Assembly (NCBI GenBank): GCA_021735445.1
Contig: JAIPHA010000001.1
Span: 24,396 to 88,395 of the forward strand
Source of the DNA: Candidatus Omnitrophota bacterium
GTDB lineage: Bacteria > Omnitrophota > Gorgyraeia > Duberdicusellales > 4484-171
DNA length: 64,000 bases
Direction of reading: 5' to 3'
Both the position numbers and the translations under genes were made by a program. The notes under the pieces were generated by a model. It saw only the letters and a list, made by a program, of their open reading frames with translations. It ran no database searches and was not told the DNA's origin. How positions within the stretch are numbered: the stretch's first letter is position 1; each line of letters opens with the position of its first letter. Shown piece by piece: positions 39,667-49,400 of the stretch.

Positions 39667-39672
39667 TCGATT

Positions 39673-41130
39673 TTATCGATTAATTAAGTATTTTAAAAAT
39701 CTTAATAGGGATTTTACCCTGAAATTAAATTGAGCTAGTGAATTAATTTTAGCCAGTTCTTTAAGAATAAAACGGGCCGATAAATATTGCCGAAGATAAT
39801 TCATTTTTACTATTTTTTTTAATTCTTTCGCCGAGATATTAGGCAGGTTTAGCTGAGCCTGGCGGAGATTGTCAGAAGGGATAAAATCTTTGTATTTAAG
39901 CCATCCGTTTTTCTTTGCCGTTTGATACAAGAATGTATTGGGCAGGGGGGAGGCAATCGCATAATGGACAAAAAAGGATTTATTTTTTTTAACCTTTTTA
40001 ATATTTTCTGATATGGTTTCTTTTGTCTCCAGCTGAGAACATCCCAGAAGAAGCGAGATCTCGGCTTCTATTTTACAATCTTTAACCAGCTTGATCGCTT
40101 TGTAAATATCGGCCAGATTAAGGCCTTTTTTAATATCATTAAGTATCGATTGATTAAAAGATTCAGTACCGATATATATCAGGCTGCAGCCGGCTTCTCT
40201 CATCAAAGCAAGGATTTGTTTATCTTTTAGGTAATCGGCGCGGGCGCAACAGATCCATTTTAAATTTAATTTTTTAATTGCTTCACAGATTGCTATTGTC
40301 CTTTCTTTATCCCAGATAAATTGGTTGTCGCAAATCTCTACCGCTTGGTAGCCCAGAGAAGCTATTTGTTTGAATTCTTCAATCACTTTCCGGGCCGATT
40401 TCAGCCTAAGAGGAGGTTTTTCCGGATTTGATTTTTTATACTCCAGCTCTATAGCCTGGTCTATAGCCTGGGGGGCGCAATAGCTGCAGCCATACTTGCA
40501 GCCTCGGGAAGCAGAGAGGATAGTGGCCGGCCCCTGGCTGAGCCTGTTGAAGAAGTATTTTCCTTTTATTAGTTGATAATCGGGAGAACAAAGTTTATCT
40601 AAATTAATTAACTTTCCGCAAGGATTAGAGATAACTTTATTTTTTTTTAAAAAGGATAAATTGTTAAGATTAAAATAGCCGGATTTACCTTCTATTATTG
40701 TTTCTGTTAAACGGCTGAAAGGCCTTTCCGGTTCTCCCCTGATAACAAAATAGTTTTTCTTTTTTAAAAACAACTCTGGTTTCCAGGTGGGATAGGCGCC
40801 GCTAAAAATTATTTTTACATCTTTTATTCGGTTTGAAATTATTTCGGCAGCTAAAAGATCTTCTTTTAACGATAGCCATACACTGAAAAAAACAACTATT
40901 TTTATAGATAGATTTTTTTTGATAAAGGCGGTAAAATCTTTTAAATTATATCCTTCTGCGGGGCAATCAAGAAAACGTGTTTTATAGTTTGCCTCTTTTG
41001 CAAGAGTAGCTAGCTGGATGAGGTGAATCGAGGGCTTATAATCAAAGCCATAGTTGCATCCATAGACTCTATCTACCGGCATTTTTTTCGAATTTAACTG
41101 TTTGGGGGGGATAAGGAATAGAATATCCAT
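39673..41130 (-). CDS. B12-binding radical SAM protein
   Basis: GAYPT, RGEPE, SRGCKYGCSYC, DNQF, GTES. Confidence 0.9.
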   Translation of the reverse strand: MDILFLIPPKQLNSKKMPVDRVYGCNYGFDYKPSIHLIQLATLAKEANYKTRFLDCPAEGYNLKDFTAFIKKNLSIKIVVFFSVWLSLKEDLLAAEIISNRIKDVKIIFSGAYPTWKPELFLKKKNYFVIRGEPERPFSRLTETIIEGKSGYFNLNNLSFLKKNKVISNPCGKLINLDKLCSPDYQLIKGKYFFNRLSQGPATILSASRGCKYGCSYCAPQAIDQAIELEYKKSNPEKPPLRLKSARKVIEEFKQIASLGYQAVEICDNQFIWDKERTIAICEAIKKLNLKWICCARADYLKDKQILALMREAGCSLIYIGTESFNQSILNDIKKGLNLADIYKAIKLVKDCKIEAEISLLLGCSQLETKETISENIKKVKKNKSFFVHYAIASPLPNTFLYQTAKKNGWLKYKDFIPSDNLRQAQLNLPNISAKELKKIVKMNYLRQYLSARFILKELAKINSLAQFNFRVKSLLRFLKYLINR

Positions 41131-42378
41131 TTATTTAGCTAGTGGCAATTCGTTTTTGATTAGTTGTCTGTATATTTTTATTATTTTTTGGTAATGGCTG
41201 TTTTCATTGTTAAAGGTATCTATTTTTTCTTTTGCATTTTGCCCGATTTTTTTAGCTATTTCCGGATTGGCCAGCAGGTATTTAATTTTTTCGGCAAGCT
41301 CACGATGGTTGCCCGGTGAAAATAATATGCCGGTTTTATTATCAGTTATTATTTCAGGGAGAGCTCCTATTTTTGACGCAAGAATGGGCTTACTCGCCTT
41401 AGAGGCTTCGTAGGCAACTAAGCTGGAGGCCTCCGGCCATAGGGAAGGGATGATAACTAGATAAGCATTTTTTACGATGCCGGCCAATTCGTTATTTTTT
41501 TTATAGCCTAAAAATCCGACATTCTTTAGCCGGTAAGTTTTAACTAAATTTTTTAAGTTTTGCTGGTAAGGGCCGGAACCGGCGATTTTTACGGCGGTGG
41601 TAGGTATGTATTGCGCGGCTTTTAATAAAACCTGGACACCTTTTTTATGGGTCAGATTCCCAAAGTAGAGGATATAATGGCCTTTGCTGTATCCTGAGTC
41701 GAATTTTTTTAAATTTATCGCATGGGGAAGATAAGTTATCTTGTCTTTTTTGATGCCAAAATCAATTAATCTTTTTTTTACAAAGCGGGAAGGGGCAATA
41801 AATAAATCTATATTTTTTGTATATATTTTTGTGATTTTACAAAAATACATTTCCAGGCAAGCCAGAAAGCTTTTTAGGTAGGAATTTTTTATGCATCTGT
41901 ACCTGACCGCATTAAAATATTTATGCCTTCGGCATTTCTGGCAATATTGATTATTGGTAAAGAGTGAATAATTTGGGCAGATAATCTTATAGTCGTGGAT
42001 AGTCATAACTGTAGGTATTTTTTTCTTCTTAAGCAGGCAGAGAATAGAGCTGGACAGATGGTGGTAGATGTTATGGATATGGGCAAGGTCGGGCCGGACA
42101 TCGTCTATTAACCGGGCGATTTTTCTTTTAGCGGAAAAAGAATAGATTAAATCCAAAGAGAGTTTTAGATTATAAATAATTCCTTTTTGCCCGGAGCTGT
42201 TGAAGTCTTTTTGGCTAACAAAGTATTTAGAATAAGGGGAAGGTTGATTCCGGTTGTTTTGGCTGGCGAAGGTGATTATCTTGTTACCATTTTTTTTTAA
42301 GATTTTTTTTAAATCAAATAAGTATCTTTCTGTCCCTCCTGCTAAAAAGTTGAATTTATTACAAATTAGTATTTTCAT
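41131..42378 (-). CDS. GT4 glycosyltransferase
   Basis: GGTE, HIHN, TIHDYKIICP, KGV, PS.WPE......EA, GALPE. Confidence 0.95.
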   Translation of the reverse strand: MKILICNKFNFLAGGTERYLFDLKKILKKNGNKIITFASQNNRNQPSPYSKYFVSQKDFNSSGQKGIIYNLKLSLDLIYSFSAKRKIARLIDDVRPDLAHIHNIYHHLSSSILCLLKKKKIPTVMTIHDYKIICPNYSLFTNNQYCQKCRRHKYFNAVRYRCIKNSYLKSFLACLEMYFCKITKIYTKNIDLFIAPSRFVKKRLIDFGIKKDKITYLPHAINLKKFDSGYSKGHYILYFGNLTHKKGVQVLLKAAQYIPTTAVKIAGSGPYQQNLKNLVKTYRLKNVGFLGYKKNNELAGIVKNAYLVIIPSLWPEASSLVAYEASKASKPILASKIGALPEIITDNKTGILFSPGNHRELAEKIKYLLANPEIAKKIGQNAKEKIDTFNNENSHYQKIIKIYRQLIKNELPLAK

Positions 42379-42389
42379 TATTTTTAATC

Positions 42390-42417
42390 ATTTTAATGAA
42401 ATGGAAACACTTGTCAA
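42390..42417 (-). promoter_or_regulatory. Putative internal sigma70 promoter
   Basis: Minus strand TTGACA (42417-42412)-N16-TAAAAT (42395-42390), in the 53-bp gap before the GT4 start at 42378. Confidence 0.55.
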
Positions 42418-42431
42418 CCAAGACTAGGTTA

Positions 42432-43271
42432 TTATCTAGTTAATAGCCCGGTGAAATAGCCAAAGCTTAAAATTGTTTTAAAGAGGAAAGTGAGTTGGAA
42501 AGTAACCAGAAACCGGATTGGATTGATAATTAAAATTAGAAAATTTTGGCAGATAGTTTTGTATTTTCTATTTATTTTAGCTAAAAAGTAACCTTCCCGA
42601 TAGCTTCTTTTTAAGAGAGAGGCAATTCTTAACTTAGATTGGCTAATAGCATGAAAGACAACCGCCTTTTTGCTAAAGCCCATTTTAAAGTTGTTTTCTA
42701 AAGCTTTGGCGGCCCTGTCAATATCTTCGCCATATTGTGAGTATTTGGCAATAAGCGGTGAAAAGCGGCCCCGGATAGGCATTTCCCGAACCGGTTTTAA
42801 GACATAATCCCGATAAGCTACATTAGAACCTAAAGGCAGTAACTTATGGTTTACTTCATCCTGTAAGCCTATTAACCAATTCAGTGAAGGCTGCCACCAC
42901 CAGGGGAAATTTATTTTGTTGCCGAGTTTAACGGCCCCTCCGATAAAATCATAATTTTTTAGGGTGTTTTCAAGGTTTTTTAGCCAGTCCTGAGAAGGCC
43001 GGCAATCATCGTCGGTAAAAGCGATTATCTTTCCCCGGCAGTTATTTATTCCGAGGTTTTTGCAAGTTCTTAGATTTGTCCTTCGGTGAAGGGGTATGAA
43101 TTTAATTCTATTTAAAAAGTTATTTTTTATAAAAGAAGTTGTTTTATCGCAAGAGCCGTTATCGATAACGATTATTTCGTAAGCGCTGTTTATGTTTTGG
43201 GTTAGAAGAGATTCCAGGCATTTTGTTAAAAGGTACTTCCTGTTGTAGGTTACTACTATTATACTGATCAT
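42432..43271 (-). CDS. GT2 glycosyltransferase
   Basis: SIIVVTYNR, DNGS, FTDDDC, GSN, GEDID. Confidence 0.92.
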   Translation of the reverse strand: MISIIVVTYNRKYLLTKCLESLLTQNINSAYEIIVIDNGSCDKTTSFIKNNFLNRIKFIPLHRRTNLRTCKNLGINNCRGKIIAFTDDDCRPSQDWLKNLENTLKNYDFIGGAVKLGNKINFPWWWQPSLNWLIGLQDEVNHKLLPLGSNVAYRDYVLKPVREMPIRGRFSPLIAKYSQYGEDIDRAAKALENNFKMGFSKKAVVFHAISQSKLRIASLLKRSYREGYFLAKINRKYKTICQNFLILIINPIRFLVTFQLTFLFKTILSFGYFTGLLTR

Positions 43272-45538
43272 TTAAGATTTATTTTTAGGGATAAAAGTCT
43301 GTTTTTGCCTTTTGACAAAAAGATTTTACCTTCTTTGCTTTGGTAGTTTATCCAGCGCAGCCTTTTGTTGTATCTTAACATTTTTTTTATTTTGAATTTG
43401 TTAATCGTTAGAGTAGATTCTATTTTAGGAAAATGATGGTAAGGGCTGTTTATAGTTATTGAGTTGTCTTGGGAAACAAAATATTTTTCGCTATATTGAA
43501 GAACTTTTTTTACGCGAAAATCCCCGTTTTTTTCGTTTGCCCGGTATTGTTTATAGAAGTGAGGAAAAATTAAAGCAAACGAAGGTTGTGTTATTAAGGC
43601 GTCTTTGGTTGCGATAAAATCCAGGTTAAAGATTAATGTTTGGCTGTCTTTTAAGTAAAAACTCCATCTTTCTTTTATGGAAACGCCGGGCCAGGCCGCG
43701 GTTGCCTCCAGGCTATTTGCGCTTTTTTCGGTAATGTTCCATTTTGCGTTGGTGGTAAAAAACGTTTTATTTTTATATTTAAATCTGCCGAAAGCTCCTG
43801 TTGAGGCTAATAAAGGCACTTTTTTAGAGAGCAGGTGCAGAAAACCATCCCGGAAGTAGAGGCTTAAGCCATTTTTTGATATTTTTACAGGCTTCTTTTT
43901 TCTTTTAAATATCAGAAAATTATTCCCCGATAAATAAGGAACTTTCCCAAGGAAAGAAAAATTAGATTTTTTTTCCTTAAATGTTTTTCTCGTGGATATA
44001 AACTTTGATTTTAATTGCGGCATTTCGCTTATTTCGTTTATCTCTTTCTCCGGCATTCTCTCCAGCATAACTAGATAATCAGCGGCATTTATAAGGGTGG
44101 CGGGGGAATCTATTTCCTGATAAGAAGTTTCTTCGCTTAAAGAGGTTGAGGTCGTATAAAAAGGATAATTTTTTATAGCGCTAAGGTAAGCCATTGGTTC
44201 ATAAGTGTTTGGAGCAGGGCTGAGAAAGAAGATATTCCGATAGTAAGGAAGGGTTTGTGAGTCATGCTTAGAAATTAGCGACAATATTTTTTGGTTGGGA
44301 TAAACATTACGGCTTGGGGTAGAAGTTTTAGCTTGGCTGTTGCGAAAAATAAGGTCATTCTTTTTGGGCCAAAAACCGAATCCGTAGGAGATTGCAAGCT
44401 GTTGGAGGATGCCAAATATGACAATTATTGTGATGCCCAGATTTCTAATTTTTTTATGGCTTATCTTTGTTATGGCAATAGCTGAAATGATTGCCATTGC
44501 CGGGAGGATAGGCATAAGGTATCTTTGATCTTTGGGAAGGTAGAAAAGCGCGCCCAAAAGCAATAATGGCGCAATTAACCAAAGGTAGATTATTTTTTTA
44601 TAGAGAGGTTTAATTTTTATCCGGATAAAGGATATTAAACTAAGGGAAAAAACTATCGAAAATAAAGGAAGCAAAGAGTTGTTAAATATTTCTTGAATTG
44701 ACCAGAAGATAAATTTTAGGCTTGTTGCCAGCCAATGGGTTATTAAGGCCAAGACTGAGCCGTGGGGGGCCGAATAGGTAGGATTGAGCCAGGAGGAAAA
44801 AGTAAGGCGTGACCATATCTCATATATTTTTAATTTTAAAAAGGGGAAGGTAAATATAGCAATTATAGCTATGCCGGCTGCGGCAACTGTTATCTTTTTT
44901 GTTTTGTTACCAGCTGATTTTGTGGCTTTAATTAGAACCAGCAAAAAAGGAGCAGCCAGCATTCCCAAAAAATTAATAGATTTTATCAATAAGCCCAGAG
45001 CCGCCGAGGCAAAGAAAAGGAGGGTGTATTTATAGTTAGAGAATAATTTTGATTTTATCAGAAAATAGACAGCAAGGCTGACTGTAGCAGTAAGCGGTAA
45101 ATCCAACATATATATTTTTAGGTGATTAAATATCAGCGGATAAACGCTGATTATAAATGCTGCCAGAATTCCGGCTTTTTTGTTGGCTAAGTTTTTCGCG
45201 ATTCCATAAGTAGAAAGGATGAGAATAGTTATAAATATTGCGCTATTTACCAAGACGCCCGAGTCTTGGCTAATACCGGTAAGAAAATAAAAAGGAGCTG
45301 TTAGGTAGGCTATTAAAACACCGTGCCAGCGGTAATGAATTAACCGGTCAAGAACACGGGGGAGGAGAGGGATAAGATTGCTCTTAATTTCATCAAATAC
45401 AGAAAGGCTTAAAAGAAAATGGTGGTGGGAGTCATGTATTAAATAAGTTTGGTCAATATTTAACCAAATTATAAGATTAATTATCTGTAATAAAATGACA
45501 ATAAGCAGAACTAGCGGTACGGTTATTTTTTTCGGCAT
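43268..45538 (-). CDS. ArnT/PMT-like GT-C glycosyltransferase with a C-terminal copy of the Wzt-tail repeat domain
   Basis: HD after TM1, MLDLP, GLLIK, KDQRYLMPILP; about 11-13 TM segments; soluble tail similar to the Wzt repeats. Confidence 0.82.
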   Translation of the reverse strand: MPKKITVPLVLLIVILLQIINLIIWLNIDQTYLIHDSHHHFLLSLSVFDEIKSNLIPLLPRVLDRLIHYRWHGVLIAYLTAPFYFLTGISQDSGVLVNSAIFITILILSTYGIAKNLANKKAGILAAFIISVYPLIFNHLKIYMLDLPLTATVSLAVYFLIKSKLFSNYKYTLLFFASAALGLLIKSINFLGMLAAPFLLVLIKATKSAGNKTKKITVAAAGIAIIAIFTFPFLKLKIYEIWSRLTFSSWLNPTYSAPHGSVLALITHWLATSLKFIFWSIQEIFNNSLLPLFSIVFSLSLISFIRIKIKPLYKKIIYLWLIAPLLLLGALFYLPKDQRYLMPILPAMAIISAIAITKISHKKIRNLGITIIVIFGILQQLAISYGFGFWPKKNDLIFRNSQAKTSTPSRNVYPNQKILSLISKHDSQTLPYYRNIFFLSPAPNTYEPMAYLSAIKNYPFYTTSTSLSEETSYQEIDSPATLINAADYLVMLERMPEKEINEISEMPQLKSKFISTRKTFKEKKSNFSFLGKVPYLSGNNFLIFKRKKKPVKISKNGLSLYFRDGFLHLLSKKVPLLASTGAFGRFKYKNKTFFTTNAKWNITEKSANSLEATAAWPGVSIKERWSFYLKDSQTLIFNLDFIATKDALITQPSFALIFPHFYKQYRANEKNGDFRVKKVLQYSEKYFVSQDNSITINSPYHHFPKIESTLTINKFKIKKMLRYNKRLRWINYQSKEGKIFLSKGKNRLLSLKINLK

Positions 45539-45547
45539 GGCTTAAAA

Positions 45548-45576
45548 ATTATATCTTGAACAGGCATCAGACGCAA
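45548..45576 (-). promoter_or_regulatory. Putative sigma70 promoter for the minus-strand operon
   Basis: Minus strand TTGCGT (45576-45571)-N17-TATAAT (45553-45548); the ATG is 10 nt downstream of the -10 box. Confidence 0.55.
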
Positions 45577-45620
45577 CCATTATATGTTTTCTTTCTTTTT
45601 CTTTCTTTTTTAAAGTGGTC

Positions 45621-45629
45621 TGATATAAT
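45621..45629 (+). promoter_or_regulatory. Possible extended -10 element
   Basis: TGATATAAT (TGnTATAAT) upstream of wzm. Confidence 0.4.
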
Positions 45630-45652
45630 TAAAAAATTGACGGTAAACAGCT

Positions 45653-45681
45653 TTGACAAAAAATAGGAAAAGAGATATGAT
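45653..45681 (+). promoter_or_regulatory. Sigma70 promoter for the wzm/wzt/rSAM operon
   Basis: TTGACA (45653-45658)-N17-TATGAT (45676-45681), 31 nt before the wzm ATG. Confidence 0.75.
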
Positions 45682-45712
45682 TTATTCTAAGTTTTAAGCA
45701 AAAAATAGTAAG

Positions 45713-46492
45713 ATGATTATAAACAGAATAAAAAAACTCTTTTATCAGCGCGATATCTTAGCGGAGATGGTTTTTAAGCAGTTTAGGGCCAGTTATTCCG
45801 GAGCGATGTTGGGGGTCTGGTGGGCTATAATCATTCCTTGTATTCTCGCTGTCTGTATAAATATAATTTTTACCACTGTTTTTAAAATAAACATCGAAAA
45901 TTTCACTTTTTTTGTGCTTTCGGGGATATTGCCCTGGTTGTTTTTTTCGGCAGCGGTGGTTGAGGCTACTAACTCATTTTTAACCGATGCCGCAATGTTT
46001 AGGCAAAAAATGCTGCCTTTGGAGTTTGTGCCGTTTAAATCTGTATTATCTAATTTTTTAAGTTTTTTAATCGGCATCGGTTTTCTTTTGCCTTTTTTTA
46101 TTATTTCTAATATCCAAATTATTAAAGTTTTACCGGCTTTAATTTTTGTGTTTATCTTTAATTTAATTTTTATTTTGGGGTTGTCTCTTATTTTTGCCGT
46201 GATCAATGTTTATTCCCGGGACATAATTCATTTTCTCTCTGTGGGCCTGATGGTTTGGTTTTGGATTACTCCTGTTTTTTATTCTTTGAATATGGTGCCT
46301 TATCCCTACCGTTGGATATCTATTTTAAATCCCATGACCTATTATGTAACTTCTTACCGCAGTATTTTATTTTACGGTAAGCTCCCTTCTTTACCGGTAG
46401 CAGTTACGGGCATTGTTTTAGCTTTAATTTTTATTATAGCCGGGAATTTATTTTTAATTAAAAAAGAACCGTCACTATTAAAACAACTATGA
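45713..46492 (+). CDS. wzm: ABC-2 polysaccharide export permease
   Basis: YSGAMLGVWW, GILPW.FF, RDI, F..TPVFY, NPMT; 6 TM segments; ATGA overlap with wzt. Confidence 0.95.
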   Translation: MIINRIKKLFYQRDILAEMVFKQFRASYSGAMLGVWWAIIIPCILAVCINIIFTTVFKINIENFTFFVLSGILPWLFFSAAVVEATNSFLTDAAMFRQKMLPLEFVPFKSVLSNFLSFLIGIGFLLPFFIISNIQIIKVLPALIFVFIFNLIFILGLSLIFAVINVYSRDIIHFLSVGLMVWFWITPVFYSLNMVPYPYRWISILNPMTYYVTSYRSILFYGKLPSLPVAVTGIVLALIFIIAGNLFLIKKEPSLLKQL

Positions 46493-49400
46493 AAGCAGTA
46501 AATTTAGATAATATTTGGGAGAAATACCGGATTAAATTCGTTAAAGAAAACGGAGTTAGCTGGCGGGAGGTTTGGGCTCTTAGGGAAGTCAATTTTGCGG
46601 TTGAGCAAGGAGAGGTCTTAGGAATAATCGCCCAAAACGGCGCAGGTAAGACAACTTTATTAAAAATTATAGCCGGGATGTTGATGCCGGATCGCGGCAA
46701 AGTCAATGTCAGGGGAAAAGTTTCTACCTTAATGGAATTAGGGGCCGGCTTTAACCGTGAATTTACCGGCCGGGAAAATATTATTCTTAATGCCCGGATT
46801 TATGGATTGAGCAAAAAAGATATCAACATAAAGATGCAAGAGGTTATTGAATTTGCCGGATTGGGAGAGTTTATTGACGCGCCGATTAAGTATTATTCGC
46901 AAGGAATGTACCTGCGCCTTGCTTTTTCTTTAGCTATTTCTCTTGATCCCGATATTCTCTTGATAGATGATATTATCGCTGTAGGCGATGAAGCTTCTTC
47001 TTGCCGCTGTATCGATAAAATAAGGCAATTAAAAAAAGAGGGTAAGACAATAATTTTGGTTACTCATCAGATGGATATGGTGGCTCAGATGTGCGACCGG
47101 GTGATTCATCTAAATAAAGGAAAAATTATCGATGCGGGAAGTCCGGGAAAAATTATTCCGGCCTATCTGGAAACCGTAGGCAGAAAGGAAGGGATAAAAG
47201 TTTTTGAAAAATATGATTTTCGGGTTGTTTTTAACAACGGACGGTTAAGCTTATCTTATGCCGGTAATCCTTTGACCGGTAAAATGGGAGTGTCTGCGGT
47301 TTGGTTTAACCCCCGGATTAATGGCTGGGTAAGTTCAAAGGATTTAAATTGGCAAAATATAGCCAAAGATAATGCTAGTTTTATTTTTGAAGGCAGCCAT
47401 CAGGGTTTCGATAGCCTGCAGGTTTGGACAATTAGTTTAGAGAAAGATATTTTGGAATGGACAGTTAAATTTGAAGGCAAAGAAATTCAAAATCCTCATT
47501 TTGATCTCGGGTTTAGGGCCTTATATGACCATTGGGTGGTTGAAAAAAAAGAAGAAGAATTTCTTCCTTTTCTTTCTAAACTTAATTGGCAGGATTTGGG
47601 TACCCATGATTGTTTTTTTGGAGGCGTGGGCATGTTTTCTTCTCAAAAATCAGGCAGCTTGCCGGCATTTATTTTTGGTCAAAAAAAGCAAGCTCAAAAA
47701 ATCAAATTATTTAATACCGGCTACCATAATGAAACCAGAGTGGCCCAATCTTTACTTGATTCTAATTGTGCTGAATTTTATATTAGGTTATTTTCCCAAA
47801 AAAGAAATTTACTCAAATACATGGAGAAGAAGAAAAAAGAACTTCCCGCTTCATATAGATTCTGCCGGTTGGAGTATAAACATCTTCGAATAGAAGCAAG
47901 CGGACGAGAAAAAACAATAAAAATTTATTATCGAGGCAGGGAAGTTACTGCCGGCTGCGGCATGTCTGTATCTTTTCAGAGAAAAGAAGAATGGTATAGC
48001 GCCGTAAGTGCCAGGTGGAAGCTTGTTCAAAAAGAGGATTGTATTCAGGGGGAATTATTTTGGCCCGATTTTAGGCTTCGCCAGGTGTGGGAAATTAGTA
48101 TCAAAGAAGGAGGAGTATGTTGGAAGGCGGATATCGATACAGCTAAGATTAACGAGATAGACGATTTTAAAATGGGAATATTGGTAAGAGAAGAGTATAA
48201 AAGGTATGTTTCCGGACACCAGGAAGGCGTTTTCCCCAAAGATTTTACCAACTGGATGGATATCGACTTAGAAGATAAAAAAGCTGAGCATTTAGGAACT
48301 AACGCTAGCGGTGATTTACCGGGGATTATTTTAACTAATAAAGGCAGATGGATGAATGTCGTTGAAAATAGCGATAAAAAAAACCGCTGCCGGGCTTTGC
48401 AATTTAGGTTACCTTTTCGAAATTTTAAAGAGAAAGGATTTTCCACTGAGATTAATATTTTTAAAGATAATTTATTTGCGGGCAAATGCGTCGAAGAAAA
48501 AAAACCATTTTGGCCTTCCAATTTAGTTTCTGTATCCGCGGCAGCCGTTAAAGTGGGTATTGATTTAGATGCGAAAAAAATAAGATTGTTTTATCAAGGC
48601 CGGGAAATCAGCGAAAGGGCTTGTTTGCGTAACCATTTATTGATTTCGGAAAAAGGGTTTGAGTCACGGTTTATGGGTTGGCAAGTTGAGCAGATATCAA
48701 AAGATAAAGCAGTGTTAACCATGAGTATAAAAAATTTTCCCGTAGTTGAAAGATGGGAGTTTTTTTGCGGAGAAGATAATTCTTTAAAAATCAGGATAGA
48801 TTTAGAAGTTGGAAAAAAAGTAAGGATAATCGATAATGGCTTAAGCCTGGAGCTTAAAGACGGTTATCAAAGTTGGTTTACCGCCGGCGAAAAGGGAGAC
48901 TTTATTGCTAAAAAATATGAAAATGATACCGGCGCCATCCGGATGAAAGATAGTAATGTCTCGGCTATTTGCTTAAAGTCCGGTGAGAGTAAAAATTTCC
49001 CCGATTTGACTTTTGCTTTTAATCCTTCTTGCCAGGATAGAATTATTAATTTGTACAAAAAGAGGCCGGGAAATGACTATGGCTCTTCAATTGGCATATA
49101 TACAGCAAAATTATCGACCAGAAAAAAATCTTTTTTTAAGCCGGGTAGTTACAATTTATTAGAAGGTAAGATGTTTTTTGGGAAACAACCGGGATTAAGC
49201 AGTTTTCAAAAGAAAACCAATAAAGTTAAACTAGCCAGGCCGGGTTTGGAGTTGAATTTTTACCAAGGGAAAGGGAGGTTATATTGGAAGGGAAAAGAGA
49301 TAACAGCAGGTTTAGGGATCTATAGCTGCTTTTGCCATTTTGGAATTTGGCATGATTCTTCTCTTGCTGCCTGGGAAGTAATAGAGCAAAATCGGGATAA

